From an uncultured Ruficoccus sp. (GTDB lineage Bacteria; Verrucomicrobiota; Verrucomicrobiia; Opitutales; Cerasicoccaceae), in the NCBI GenBank assembly GCA_965140785.1, contig OZ223496.1, positions 128,001-192,000 of the forward strand: a DNA stretch of 64,000 nt, written 5' to 3'. The notes beneath the pieces were generated by a model that was not told the DNA's origin, ran no database searches, and saw only the letters and a list, made by a program, of their open reading frames with translations. The position numbers and the translations under genes are program-made. This document shows positions 19,814-29,077 of this stretch, piece by piece. The first letter of the stretch is position 1, and every line of letters begins with the position of its first letter.

Positions 19814-21151
19814 ATGCCCCTTTCCCGTCTCACCATTCTCCTCCCCACGCTTCTCTGCCTCCTGACCGCCCGGGCTTGGGGAGCCGAGGCGCAGCTCCAG
19901 TCCGGCCCCCTCGTCGGCTACGTCGAAATGCGCGAGGCCGCCCTCTGGGTCCAGACCACCGATTCCGCCCTGGTCCAGTTCTTTTACTGGCCCGACGACC
20001 AGCCCGACCAGCGCGCCCACACCCCCTCCGCCCTCACTCAGCAGGAAAACGCCTACACCGCCACCCTGATCACGGACCGCCTCCAGCCCGGCACGAAGTA
20101 CCGCTACGAGCTCACGCTCGACGGGGACAAGGTTCCGCTGGATTTTGAGACGACTTTCACCACCCCGCCGGATTACCGCGACCGCACCCCGCCGCCGGAC
20201 TTCACCGTCGCCCTCGGCGGCGGCAACTATGTCAACGAGCAGCGCTACGACCCGCCCAACCGCATCCCCGGCGACAGCTACCACATCCTGCTCGCCCTCA
20301 TGGCCAAGGACCCGGCCTTCATGATCTGGCTGGGTAACAATATTTACCTGCGTGAAGCCGACTGGGGCTCGCGCTCAGGCATGCTCGCCCGCTACCGGCA
20401 CAACCGCGCCCAGCCCGAGCTTCAGCCGCTCATGGCCTCCGTACCCAGCGTCGCCACCTGGAGCAGCCACGACTACGGCCCTCCCGGAGCCGACCGCTAT
20501 TTCCTGGGCCGTAATCACGCCCGCGAGGCCTTCCGCCTGTACTGGCCCAACCCCGACTACGGCCTCGACGAAGACCTCGGTCTGGCCTGCTCAGTCCGCT
20601 GGGGCGACGCGGAATTTTTCATCCTCGACGACCGCTCCTTCCGCGACCTGACCTCGCTCTCCGAGGAGCGCAAGGAAATCCTCGGAAAAACTCAGGTCAA
20701 GTGGCTGCTCGAATCCCTGCGCAAGAGCACCGCCACCTTCAAAGTCATCGTCATGGGCTCGCCCTTCCTCAATCCGGTGGAAGACGCCGCCCACTACAGC
20801 GCCGCCAAGGCCGAGCGCGACAAGCTCCTGCAACAGATCACGTGGGGCGAAATCGGCGGCCTCTTTTTCGTCAGCGGCGGCAAGGAGTTTGGCGAACTGA
20901 CCAAGGTGGTCCGCTCCAGCGCCCCGGATATTTACGAGGTCACCGTCGGCCCCATGACCGGTCGCCCGGCCAAAGATACCGGCGAACTCAACTACTTCCG
21001 CGTCCCCGGCACCACGGTCTTCGACCGCCAGTTCGCTACCCTGCGCTTCCAAGGCCCCGAAGGCAGCCGCCAGCTCACCGTCACCGTCTATAACGCCGAC
21101 GGCATCGAGCAGTGGTCCCGCACCTTCAACCGCTCAGAGATGGGCGAGTAG
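19814..21151 (+). CDS. PhoD-like metallophosphatase-fold protein with degenerate active site
   Basis: Signal peptide, LQSGP.VG N-domain, FFILDDRSFRD, LG..Q..WL; expected metal ligands are substituted (see findings). Confidence 0.85.
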   Translation: MPLSRLTILLPTLLCLLTARAWGAEAQLQSGPLVGYVEMREAALWVQTTDSALVQFFYWPDDQPDQRAHTPSALTQQENAYTATLITDRLQPGTKYRYELTLDGDKVPLDFETTFTTPPDYRDRTPPPDFTVALGGGNYVNEQRYDPPNRIPGDSYHILLALMAKDPAFMIWLGNNIYLREADWGSRSGMLARYRHNRAQPELQPLMASVPSVATWSSHDYGPPGADRYFLGRNHAREAFRLYWPNPDYGLDEDLGLACSVRWGDAEFFILDDRSFRDLTSLSEERKEILGKTQVKWLLESLRKSTATFKVIVMGSPFLNPVEDAAHYSAAKAERDKLLQQITWGEIGGLFFVSGGKEFGELTKVVRSSAPDIYEVTVGPMTGRPAKDTGELNYFRVPGTTVFDRQFATLRFQGPEGSRQLTVTVYNADGIEQWSRTFNRSEMGE

Positions 21152-21178
21152 CAGGTATACGCGTCCCGACATAACGCG

Positions 21179-21517
21179 TCATCCCGGCACGTAATCCAAC
21201 AGATGCCTGACCGTCTGGAGAGGTAATTTTCGCAAGAATCCAAACATTAAATAGGGCAACAAGGGCGAAGTCCACATCAGGCACCAAGCCAACCGCCAGT
21301 AGTGGCGTTTATCCGTCCAGCGCGCAAAGACTGCCAGCCCCAGCCCAGCCATTTGCAGCCAAAGCATGCCCCGGAACATCACACCGGGCACACCCCCGTC
21401 AGACGAGTGGCTCGGAACAATCGTACCAATCAATAACGTCAAATAGAATCCGGTCAGCAGATAGGGGAAGAGCTTTATCGGACGGGACTCGTCTGCGGAT
21501 GGATCCAGTTCAGGCAT
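21179..21517 (-). CDS. Small membrane protein (tandem paralog)
   Basis: About three hydrophobic segments; similar to 21737-22111. Confidence 0.65.
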   Translation of the reverse strand: MPELDPSADESRPIKLFPYLLTGFYLTLLIGTIVPSHSSDGGVPGVMFRGMLWLQMAGLGLAVFARWTDKRHYWRLAWCLMWTSPLLPYLMFGFLRKLPLQTVRHLLDYVPG

Positions 21518-21620
21518 CGCTGTTAAAAAAGGGTGATTTCGGTTCCAGGGCAGGCGGGCAGTCCCCCGCGGCCAGTTTTTGTGCGAAAGGCTGAGGAATG
21601 CATGACGGCGCCCAAGCGGT

Positions 21621-21671
21621 CAGATAAACCCAGATGGGTGCACCCCACATCGTCCACCACGTCAACCGCAT
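21621..21671 (-). pseudogene. Remnant of a third copy of the small membrane protein
   Basis: MRLTWWTMWGAPIWVYL resembles WRLAWCLMWTSPLLPYL in the downstream paralog. Confidence 0.45.
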
Positions 21672-21736
21672 CGGGTTCGATTCGCCAATGGGTCGAAGGG
21701 CGGGCCGCATTTCACGGGACATGACGTCGTCCTCCC

Positions 21737-22111
21737 TCACGCATCCACCCAGAAAAAGATTTTCGTCAGCCAGAACCATTCCTGCCGGGATAGGTGACGC
21801 ATCCAGGCGAACATCAGGCTCGGCAAAAATGGCGAGCTCAGAAGAAAAAACCAGGCCACTCGCAACAGCGAACGCCGCTCCCACAGACGGGCTGCAATCG
21901 CAATCCCAGAGGCGCACCCGATAAGCGCAAACCGACCGTGCGCGAGAGCTGAGCTCCGCCCCCAGTCATCGCTGACCGTGGGCAGGATCAACCCGATCAC
22001 GACAAAAACGACGGCCATCAGCCCGAAGTTTAACAGCCGCACCGGCGGCGGGTCCATTAAGGCGGAATCCGGGGTATAGAGCTTAAAATCGCTCACCCCT
22101 TTAATTATCAC
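21737..22111 (-). CDS. Small membrane protein (tandem paralog); the true start may be the internal MDPPP
   Basis: ARLWERRSLLRVAWFFLLSSPFLPSLMFAWMRHL aligns with ARWTDKRHYWRLAWCLMWTSPLLPYLMFGFLRKL. Confidence 0.65.
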   Translation of the reverse strand: MIIKGVSDFKLYTPDSALMDPPPVRLLNFGLMAVVFVVIGLILPTVSDDWGRSSALAHGRFALIGCASGIAIAARLWERRSLLRVAWFFLLSSPFLPSLMFAWMRHLSRQEWFWLTKIFFWVDA

Positions 22112-22150
22112 ATTCGGAAATATCCCCGCTCTCGCGATTCAAAAAATACT

Positions 22151-22267
22151 GTAGCCCGAATGGTTACATGGCTAAACGGCTGATGGTTAATTGCTGGATG
22201 CTGAGAGTAGAAAACAACAATTAGCCACTTAAACCATTTAGCCATTATGCCTTTCGAAAGGGGCTAC
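22151..22267. repeat. Inverted-repeat element built from 7-8 nt periodic units, with GTAGCCC termini
   Basis: GTAGCCC...GGGCTAC ends; left arm AATGGTTA/CATGGCTA/AACGGCTG/ATGGTTA/ATTGCTG mirrored by right arm CAACAAT/TAGCCACT/TAAACCAT/TTAGCCATT. Confidence 0.7.
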
Positions 22268-22322
22268 GATTTTATTTGAACCGCTCTAAACAAGCGATTT
22301 CCGTTTGGATGCCGCGGGGCTT

Positions 22323-22341
22323 GGGGGGCGCGGAGCCCCCG
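22323..22341 (-). repeat. REP-like GC hairpin just after the tolB-like stop
   Basis: CGGGGGCTCCGCGCCCCCC on the minus strand; near-identical copy at 52084-52101 after the MATE stop. Confidence 0.6.
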
Positions 22342-22342
22342 C

Positions 22343-23569
22343 TCACTTCGGGTACACGAAGTCCGGCTGGGAGATGCTATTGAGGCGGCCGGAGGGCAGC
22401 TTGGTCTTTTTGCCGGTCTCGGTGTCGATGATCCAGAGGGTTTCCTGGCCGCGGGCCGAGTAGGTGGCCACGAGGTGGCGACCGTCGTTGAGCCAGCGCG
22501 GCTGGCTGAAGCTGCCGCCCCCGCCGGTGAGGAACTGGCTCTTGCGCCCAGACAGGTCGTAGAGCGCGATCTGGTAGCCGCCCCGGGTCGAGGCGGTAAA
22601 GGCGATGGTGTTGGCACCGGAAACCGGGTTCCAGGCCGGCTCCGTGCAGTAGCCGCTGATGTTCGTCGGCAGGCGGCTGGGACGGCCCCCGCGCGCCGAG
22701 ACCACGAACAGCTGCGGTCCGCCGAGTTGGTCGCTGGTCAAGACCAGTTGGCCGCTGTCGGGCGACCAGTCCGGGTCGCTCTCCACGCTACGGCGGGTGC
22801 CCTGGGTAACGAGCTGCGGACGCTGCCCATCGGCCCCGGCCACGTACACCTCGGGCGAACCGGAGGAAGACAGCACCATGGCGATGTTGCGCCCGGAGGG
22901 ACTGAAGACCGCCCCGGTATTCGTCCCCTTGTAACCGGCCACCGTGACGCGGCGGCCCGTGTCCAGATCGATGAGAAAGATATCCGGAAAGCCCGTGCGG
23001 TAGTAGCCGGTGTAAAGGAGCTTGCGCCCGTCGGGCGCCCAGCGCGGGTGCTGCGAGTAGGAGCCATCCTGGGTCAGGCGCTTGACGTTACGGAAAAACA
23101 GGTCGCTGGTGTAAATCTCCTGGCGCTTGCCGTTTGCGGTCACGAAGGCGAGCTTACCGGCGAAGTAGCCGGGCTTGCCCGTGGTGCGCAGGACGGCCAG
23201 GTCGGCGGCGCGCAGGGCGGCATCCATCAGGCTGTTGCCGCGAACGGTTTCGTTGAGCTGGGTCACCGCCGGACGTCCGGACTGGATCTGGAGATTGACG
23301 GCGTTCGCCCCCGCCGGATTGATGACAAAGTTAAAGGTGCCCGAACCGGCCTTGACCACACGGAAGCCCCCGTGCGTAGAGAACGCGACCTCCAGCAGCC
23401 CGGCGATGTCGGCGTTTGAGCTGACGAGCGAGATCGCCTTCTCGCCACGGTCGACGACGCCCTTGATCTCGCCCCCCTGCAAGGCCGATTGAGCGTGGGC
23501 GGCAGGACGGGCGGCAAAAAGGAGAGCGGACAGAGAAAGGAACCAGAAAAAGCGGGTGGCAACTGTCAT
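22343..23569 (-). CDS. TolB-like beta-propeller (PD40 repeat) protein
   Basis: Signal peptide from MTVATRFF, repeated P.WSPDG-type motifs, KLAFV, EIYTSD; no pal gene follows. Confidence 0.88.
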   Translation of the reverse strand: MTVATRFFWFLSLSALLFAARPAAHAQSALQGGEIKGVVDRGEKAISLVSSNADIAGLLEVAFSTHGGFRVVKAGSGTFNFVINPAGANAVNLQIQSGRPAVTQLNETVRGNSLMDAALRAADLAVLRTTGKPGYFAGKLAFVTANGKRQEIYTSDLFFRNVKRLTQDGSYSQHPRWAPDGRKLLYTGYYRTGFPDIFLIDLDTGRRVTVAGYKGTNTGAVFSPSGRNIAMVLSSSGSPEVYVAGADGQRPQLVTQGTRRSVESDPDWSPDSGQLVLTSDQLGGPQLFVVSARGGRPSRLPTNISGYCTEPAWNPVSGANTIAFTASTRGGYQIALYDLSGRKSQFLTGGGGSFSQPRWLNDGRHLVATYSARGQETLWIIDTETGKKTKLPSGRLNSISQPDFVYPK

Positions 23570-23759
23570 ATCTCTAGAGACAAACAATTTCCTCCGCGCG
23601 TTGAAACGAAAATCGGGAAGAAAACACATTTTCTGCGCCTCCTCTCTTCTGGCGCGCATCCGCAACACCGATTTAGGCTTATTCTTCGTTTTTTTCCCGT
23701 AACCCTCACTGACCCTTGCCAAAGCTGGCATTTTCCACATGGGTAGAACTTTTCCACTC

Positions 23760-24836
23760 ATGAACGAAGACACGCTTTTAGCCGCCCTCAAGCAGGTGAA
23801 ATACCCCGGATTCAGCCGGGACATCGTCTCCTTTGGCCTCGTCTCCGGCGCCAAGGTCGAAGGCAACCGCGCCGTGATCGGCCTGGCCGTGACCACCGCC
23901 GACGAGCGCATTCCCCCGCTGCTCAAGCAGGACGTGGAGCGCGCCCTCTCCCAGATCGAGGGCATCGAGGGCGCGGACGTCACCGTCACTGTGAGCGCGC
24001 CGAAGACACCCCCGCCCCCCGCCGGCGGTAAAAAGCGCGACGTCACCGGCCCGGCCCAGCAACAGCTCCCCGGCGTGAAAAAGATCATCGCCGTCGCCTC
24101 CGGCAAAGGCGGCGTGGGCAAGAGCACTTTCGCCGTCAACCTCGCCTGCGCCTTTGACAAGCTCCTCTCCGAGCAGGGCCGCCCCCATCAGGTCGGCCTC
24201 ATGGACTGCGACATTTACGGCCCCTCCGTCCCACTCATGATGGGCATTAACTCACGTCCCGAGGTCCGCGACAACATGCTCACCCCGCTGGAGAACTTCG
24301 GCATCCGGGTCATGTCGATGGGCTTCCTGCTCGACGAATCCACCCCCGTGGTCTGGCGCGGCCCGATGGTCATGAAGACCATCCAGCAGTTCGCCGCCAA
24401 TGTGGACTGGGGAGAAATGGACATCCTCGTGGTGGACCTGCCGCCGGGCACCGGCGACGCGCAGCTCTCGCTCGTGCAGACCCTGCCGCTGGACGGAGCC
24501 GTCATCGTGACCACCCCGCAGAGCGTGGCCGTCAACGTCACCCGCCGCGGGGCCATGATGTTCGGCAAGGTCAATGTCCCCCTACTCGGCGTGGCCGAAA
24601 ACATGAGCTACCTCGAAAACCCGGACGGCTCGAAAAACTTTGTCTTCGGCCAGGGCGGCGGCGCCATCGCCGCGCGCGACCTGGAAACCGAGCTGCTCGG
24701 CCAGGTGCCGCTCGACCCGGCCATCGGCCAGGGCAGCGACCGCGGCATCCCCATGGTCGTCGGCAGCCCCGACAGTACCGCCGGCGAATCCTTTGTCGCC
24801 ATGGCGAAAACCCTACTGCAAAAACTCAACCTGTAG
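23760..24836 (+). CDS. Mrp/NBP35 (ApbC) Fe-S carrier ATPase
   Basis: N-terminal DUF59-like domain, ASGKGGVGKST, DIYGPS, WRGPM, DLPPGTGD, ENMS. Confidence 0.95.
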   Translation: MNEDTLLAALKQVKYPGFSRDIVSFGLVSGAKVEGNRAVIGLAVTTADERIPPLLKQDVERALSQIEGIEGADVTVTVSAPKTPPPPAGGKKRDVTGPAQQQLPGVKKIIAVASGKGGVGKSTFAVNLACAFDKLLSEQGRPHQVGLMDCDIYGPSVPLMMGINSRPEVRDNMLTPLENFGIRVMSMGFLLDESTPVVWRGPMVMKTIQQFAANVDWGEMDILVVDLPPGTGDAQLSLVQTLPLDGAVIVTTPQSVAVNVTRRGAMMFGKVNVPLLGVAENMSYLENPDGSKNFVFGQGGGAIAARDLETELLGQVPLDPAIGQGSDRGIPMVVGSPDSTAGESFVAMAKTLLQKLNL

Positions 24837-24991
24837 AAAGTTGCCCCTGCACGTGATAGACTATCGGCTTGCCCGTTAAGGAGAAGACGCCCTCAATGCG
24901 GCTTTACAAACGCGGGACGTTCGGTATTACTAAAGTCACCTAAATGCTAATAACGCGATACGCTATCGCACCCAGGTCAACCCGGCCAGCC

Positions 24992-25216
24992 ATGAAAACC
25001 CCCTCACGCAGATCCCCCAGCAACGGTAAGGATTTCGTCCAGCGCTCCAGTTTGTATCAGGAGTTTCTGGCCGAGCGTGAGGAAATTCTCAAACACAAGT
25101 GGCTGGAATCCGAAAAAGCCGGTCATGACATTGGGTTCGAGCGGGCGCTCCTGGACTGGATTCGCAACCATCGTGACGACTGGCGGGCAGGCCGCCAGGC
25201 TCAACCGAGCAACTAG
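24992..25216 (+). CDS. Small conserved protein, DUF4032-like
   Basis: YQEFLAEREEILKHKWLESEKAGHDIGFERALLDW pattern. Confidence 0.75.
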   Translation: MKTPSRRSPSNGKDFVQRSSLYQEFLAEREEILKHKWLESEKAGHDIGFERALLDWIRNHRDDWRAGRQAQPSN

Positions 25217-25478
25217 CCCACGAGCGCCGGTGGACTGAGACAAGCCGCGGAAGGCTCCCATCCGCGGACAAGGGAGATTGCGTGACTTTATACTCCCAGG
25301 CAGCGAAATATCGACCGATGTAAAACTTGGCAAATTGCTTGCCTGCTGCCGGGGTAGTCGCCTCTCGGCGCCGTAGGGGCGTGGCCCCTGATCGCTGCTC
25401 CAGCCGGAGCCTGCATTTTTCTGCTTGCATCGTCGGGGGCAAGGGGTATGTTGGCACGCTTTTCAACACCCAGTAGCC

Positions 25479-25658
25479 ATGCCCAGAGACGTCGTAATCA
25501 TCGAATGCACGGAAGCCCGCAAGGAAGGCAAGCAAGCCTCCCGCTATATGACCACGCGCAATAAGAAGCTTTCCCAGGAAAAGGTTGAACTCAAGAAGTA
25601 CAACCCGCACCTGCGCCGCCACACGGTGCACAAGGAAATCCGCAGCGCGGCCCACTAA
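25479..25658 (+). CDS. rpmG: 50S ribosomal protein L33
   Basis: [12 protein letters not shown]...RYMTTRNKK...[18 protein letters not shown] (lacks the full Zn-ribbon cysteines). Confidence 0.95.
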   Translation: MPRDVVIIECTEARKEGKQASRYMTTRNKKLSQEKVELKKYNPHLRRHTVHKEIRSAAH

Positions 25659-25684
25659 GCAGCGGAGCTGACAGTTTTTCACGG

Positions 25685-25715
25685 AACCGGCGTTCTAGGG
25701 ACGCCGGTTTTTTTT
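25685..25715 (+). terminator. Intrinsic terminator of rpmG
   Basis: AACCGGCGT-TCTAGGG-ACGCCGGTT followed by a T run. Confidence 0.85.
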
Positions 25716-26017
25716 GCAGGGCATGCCCTGCACCCTCGGTGCTAGCGCACCGGGATGCCTTTGCCGGGAGCAAAGGCATGGGCAACGGCGGTTAACGCCA
25801 ACCCGAACGAACCTCGGGCCATCTCTTTGGCACGATGCCGTATCTTGAGAGGCTCGTGCGCTGACTCGCTGAGGCTCGCAGGGTGGCGCGGGTACAATAC
25901 CGTCAATCACCTTTCACAGGTAAAGCCACCCTCCCTTCGGGGCAGGAGCCTTTCTGGCTCCGATGGGGCGTAGCCCCATCCAGATGCGGAGCATCTAGGG
26001 TGCAGGGCATGCCCTGC
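25715..26017. other. Highly structured ~300-bp element with ~42-bp terminal inverted repeats (MITE/REP mosaic or ncRNA)
   Basis: GCAGGGCATGCCCTGC palindrome at both ends and about 12 consecutive stem-loops inside. Confidence 0.7.
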
Positions 26018-27441
26018 TAGAAGTCGATCTGGAGCTGGAGGCCCAGCACGAGCGCGTCGTCTAGCTGATTGGCGGCTCCGGGATTGATGACACCCTGGAT
26101 GTTGGGCTGGACATAGAAATACTCCGTCACCTGATAGCGATAGCTCAGTTCCAGTTCGACTTCGTAGTCCTGCGGCGGCACGCCGGCCCGACTCTGGGAG
26201 TCCGAGTAGCTGCTGCTGAAGTTCAGCCAGGCCGCGCCGAAAGAGAGGATGTCCTTGTCCCGGCCCGGCAGGAGACCCCGGTAGTACAGCCCGCCGCTGG
26301 TGAAAAAGTCGGCGGCCTGGGCGACATCGTCGCTTCATGTTGAACTGCCCGCTGCTCCAGAAGTACAGCCCCTGAATTTGCTCCAGAAAGCCCTCGGACT
26401 GCCCCCACACCTGCTCGGCCTGCATGCGCTCGGAGTTTTCCTCCTGCACGGGAGTGCCCTCGCGGTAGAGGTTCTGCTCGATCAGGTAGTAGAAGCCGCC
26501 GATGTTGTGGGCTGTGCCCCCGGTATGCGTGGGAAAGGGACCGGTAAAAATCCAGCCGCCCAGGGCGTACTTGCCGGGCAGGCCCGTCGCGTTCTTGGAC
26601 CAGTCCTTCTTGTAGCCGATCTCGGACATGATATTGGCCCCCTGATTGAAATTGAAGCTGAAATCCGTCCCGTGGTTTATCCACGTCGGCCAGGCTATTG
26701 TCCGCCCCGTAGGCCCCGGCCATACCGTAGAAGCCGTCGTTATCCCCGGTCCGAACACCGCCGCGGATCAGCGCACCCCAAGTCGTGACCGGGTAGGCGT
26801 TGAACGACCCCATGAAAAAGAAACCGATCGGCTGCCCGTCGAAGGCGTTGTTCATGTAGAAGGCGAAGGCGTCGGAGTGCGAGAAGTCGTCAAACTGTGC
26901 GATACGTCCGGCCTTGATGGCGAAGTGCCCGTCCAGCAAGACCTGCTCCAGATAGAGGTTGACCAGGCGGTAACTCTCGTTGCCGTAAAGCTGCTGCACG
27001 TTGATCACGTTGTGAATCTTGCTCAGGGTGAGGCTGGTACCACTGCGCACCGACAGGCTGGTGAAGAAGGTCAGCCCCTCCAAACCGGCAAGCTTGTCCA
27101 AGTCCGCGCCAAAGTTGACCCCGGTGCTGTTGAGCTGAGTCACGCCCTGATCCTGCCCGCCGACGGGATTGCCCGCCACGTTAAGGGCGAAGGAAACGTT
27201 TCAGGTCGATCCCCATGTCCTCCAGCGCGGGGCGGGCGCCCCAGGCGTCGCCGAATAGGTAGTCGCGCGTGGCCATGTCTTCCCAGAAGGAATCGGGCTC
27301 AGACGCGCTCGTCTCCGTGGCGGTGGCCGCAGGCGTGGCCGGTAAAGCCGTATTCTCGACGGCTGGAGGCTCGGCGGCTTCAAGAACTCCGCCCGCACAT
27401 AAGCACAGGCACAACAAACGAATCGGTAGGGGGGTACGCAT
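26017..27441 (-). CDS. Carbohydrate-selective porin (OprB family), about 3 frameshifts
   Basis: Signal peptide, YLFGDAWGAR..L...G, GNPVGG, QQLYG, LYLEQ, KAGR; C-terminal QPNIQGVINPG...LQIDF. Confidence 0.85.
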
Positions 27442-27721
27442 CGTTCAAACAGGGGTTGGAGTGGACAGTGAACGAAACCGGCAAGTAACAGAAAATGCCA
27501 GGTTCCGTTATGGGGGTATCGCGTCTCATGCGCTGAGTTTAATCTATACCAGTAAGCCCCCGACTAACAAGATAAATCGTATCCGTTTAACATGACAACG
27601 CCCTAACGGTGCGTCGATTTACCGACTGAAAAACGGCGGCGGGATTTCTCCGGTCAGGCCAGAAAAACGCTCCCGGCGGAAAAGCCTCGCAACCCGCGAA
27701 ACCGGGTCACAGAACGCCGGA

Positions 27722-29077
27722 TTAAAGGCTGCTTGAGTGCGAGCGTACAATCAGCGGCAGCATCTGCCCACGCCGGAATAGCGTGACCTGCCCGCTGCTG
27801 GCGGAAACCACCATCGCGATGCAGTCGGTGGCGATGGAGATGGCGTTGGCCGCGGCGTGACGGGTACCCAGACCGCTGGGCAGCTCGTGGCTGTAGTCCG
27901 GGGCGTGAATCATACTCCCGGCCGCCTCCAGCACACCGTCGCCGTTGATCAGGAACGCCCCGTCGATGAAGGAGAATTCCTTCACCGTCTCGTCCATGAA
28001 GGGATTGAGGATGTTGCGCTCCTCCCGCTCGTAGCCTTGAAAGGGGTTGAGCACGAGCTGCTTCACGTAGGGCTTGATCTTCTCGGCCTCGCCGATGACA
28101 AAGAGCGTGCCGATCGGCTTGCCCTCACGGCCCTCGACGGAGAGCTCGGTGGCGATGCCGAGCACACGCTCGAGGACCTCCGGCTTGACCGAGGCCGGCA
28201 GCATATCGCTCTGGCGGGTGAAGACCGACTGGAACTCCCGCTCTACATCCACCACCACCAGCGTGTCGAACTGATTACTCTGCGGGATGCCTCCGACGCA
28301 GCAGAGCCGCTCGTTACTCTTGATCAGGCCGCGGGTCAGCCCGATGAGCATCGCGCTGCGCAACTGGGAAAGGCGGTTGAAGCCGAACGCGCGCACCGGG
28401 ATAATGGAGTTGAAGGCGCGCTTGGCCTGCGCCACCTCCGAGACTGACTGGGTGACGAGCAGGGTTTTGAAGTCCCCGAAATCGTCGGCGGCGTCCACGC
28501 CCCCGGCAAAGGTATCCCCAAAAACCATGACCGCTGAGCACTTTGCGCCGGTGGCGATCTTGACGGCCTCACGCAGGATGAGGCGGTTAAATTTGTTGTC
28601 CTTGGTGCGCTTCTGGTCGCGCGGCCGGCCAAAGGCGTCAGCCACGTTCTTGCGCAACGTCTCGACATCGGGCGAGGCGATGAGCCGCTCGACCATAGCA
28701 GGCTCCTGAAAAGTCCGCGCGAGCGAGGCCAATACATTGAGGTAGGACTTTTCACGCTCGGAGGCCAGCAGCAGGAAAATCAATCGCAGGTCCTTGTACT
28801 CGCCGTGCCCGTCGAACTCCAGCCCGTCCGGGCAACGTCCGATAGCGAACATGTACGGACGCTTCATCGGGATGCGCACGTGCGGCAGGGCAATCCCGCT
28901 GCCCAGATAGGTCGTCATCGTCTGCTCCCGCTCCAGTAGCTCCTCCAGCAACTGCTTGCGGTTGAACTTCTGGCCGGGCGTGTCGCAGACCTCGAGCAGT
29001 TCCTTCAGCGCACCTTCGAGGTCACGGCTGACCAGGTCGACAATCCGGTTTTTGGCGATGTAACGGTCCAGGCGCAT
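27722..29077 (-). CDS. PTS EIIA domain fused to a DacZ-type diadenylate cyclase (DisA_N)
   Basis: EREQTMTTYLGSGIALPH (EIIA phospho-His), EGREGKPIGTLF, DGAF, GLGTRHAAA, VSASSG. Confidence 0.9.
   Translation of the reverse strand: MRLDRYIAKNRIVDLVSRDLEGALKELLEVCDTPGQKFNRKQLLEELLEREQTMTTYLGSGIALPHVRIPMKRPYMFAIGRCPDGLEFDGHGEYKDLRLIFLLLASEREKSYLNVLASLARTFQEPAMVERLIASPDVETLRKNVADAFGRPRDQKRTKDNKFNRLILREAVKIATGAKCSAVMVFGDTFAGGVDAADDFGDFKTLLVTQSVSEVAQAKRAFNSIIPVRAFGFNRLSQLRSAMLIGLTRGLIKSNERLCCVGGIPQSNQFDTLVVVDVEREFQSVFTRQSDMLPASVKPEVLERVLGIATELSVEGREGKPIGTLFVIGEAEKIKPYVKQLVLNPFQGYEREERNILNPFMDETVKEFSFIDGAFLINGDGVLEAAGSMIHAPDYSHELPSGLGTRHAAANAISIATDCIAMVVSASSGQVTLFRRGQMLPLIVRSHSSSL

Noticed and set aside
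23731..23739. Isolated DnaA-box match TTTTCCACA
   Set aside because: A single 9-mer, expected by chance; not clustered.
23570..24160. 197-aa N-terminal extension of the TolB-like ORF
   Set aside because: It overlaps mrp antisense; a clear signal peptide starts at MTVATRFF (23569).
25451..25466. Sigma-54 promoter upstream of rpmG (TTGGCACG)
   Set aside because: The -12 TTGC element is missing (TTCA).
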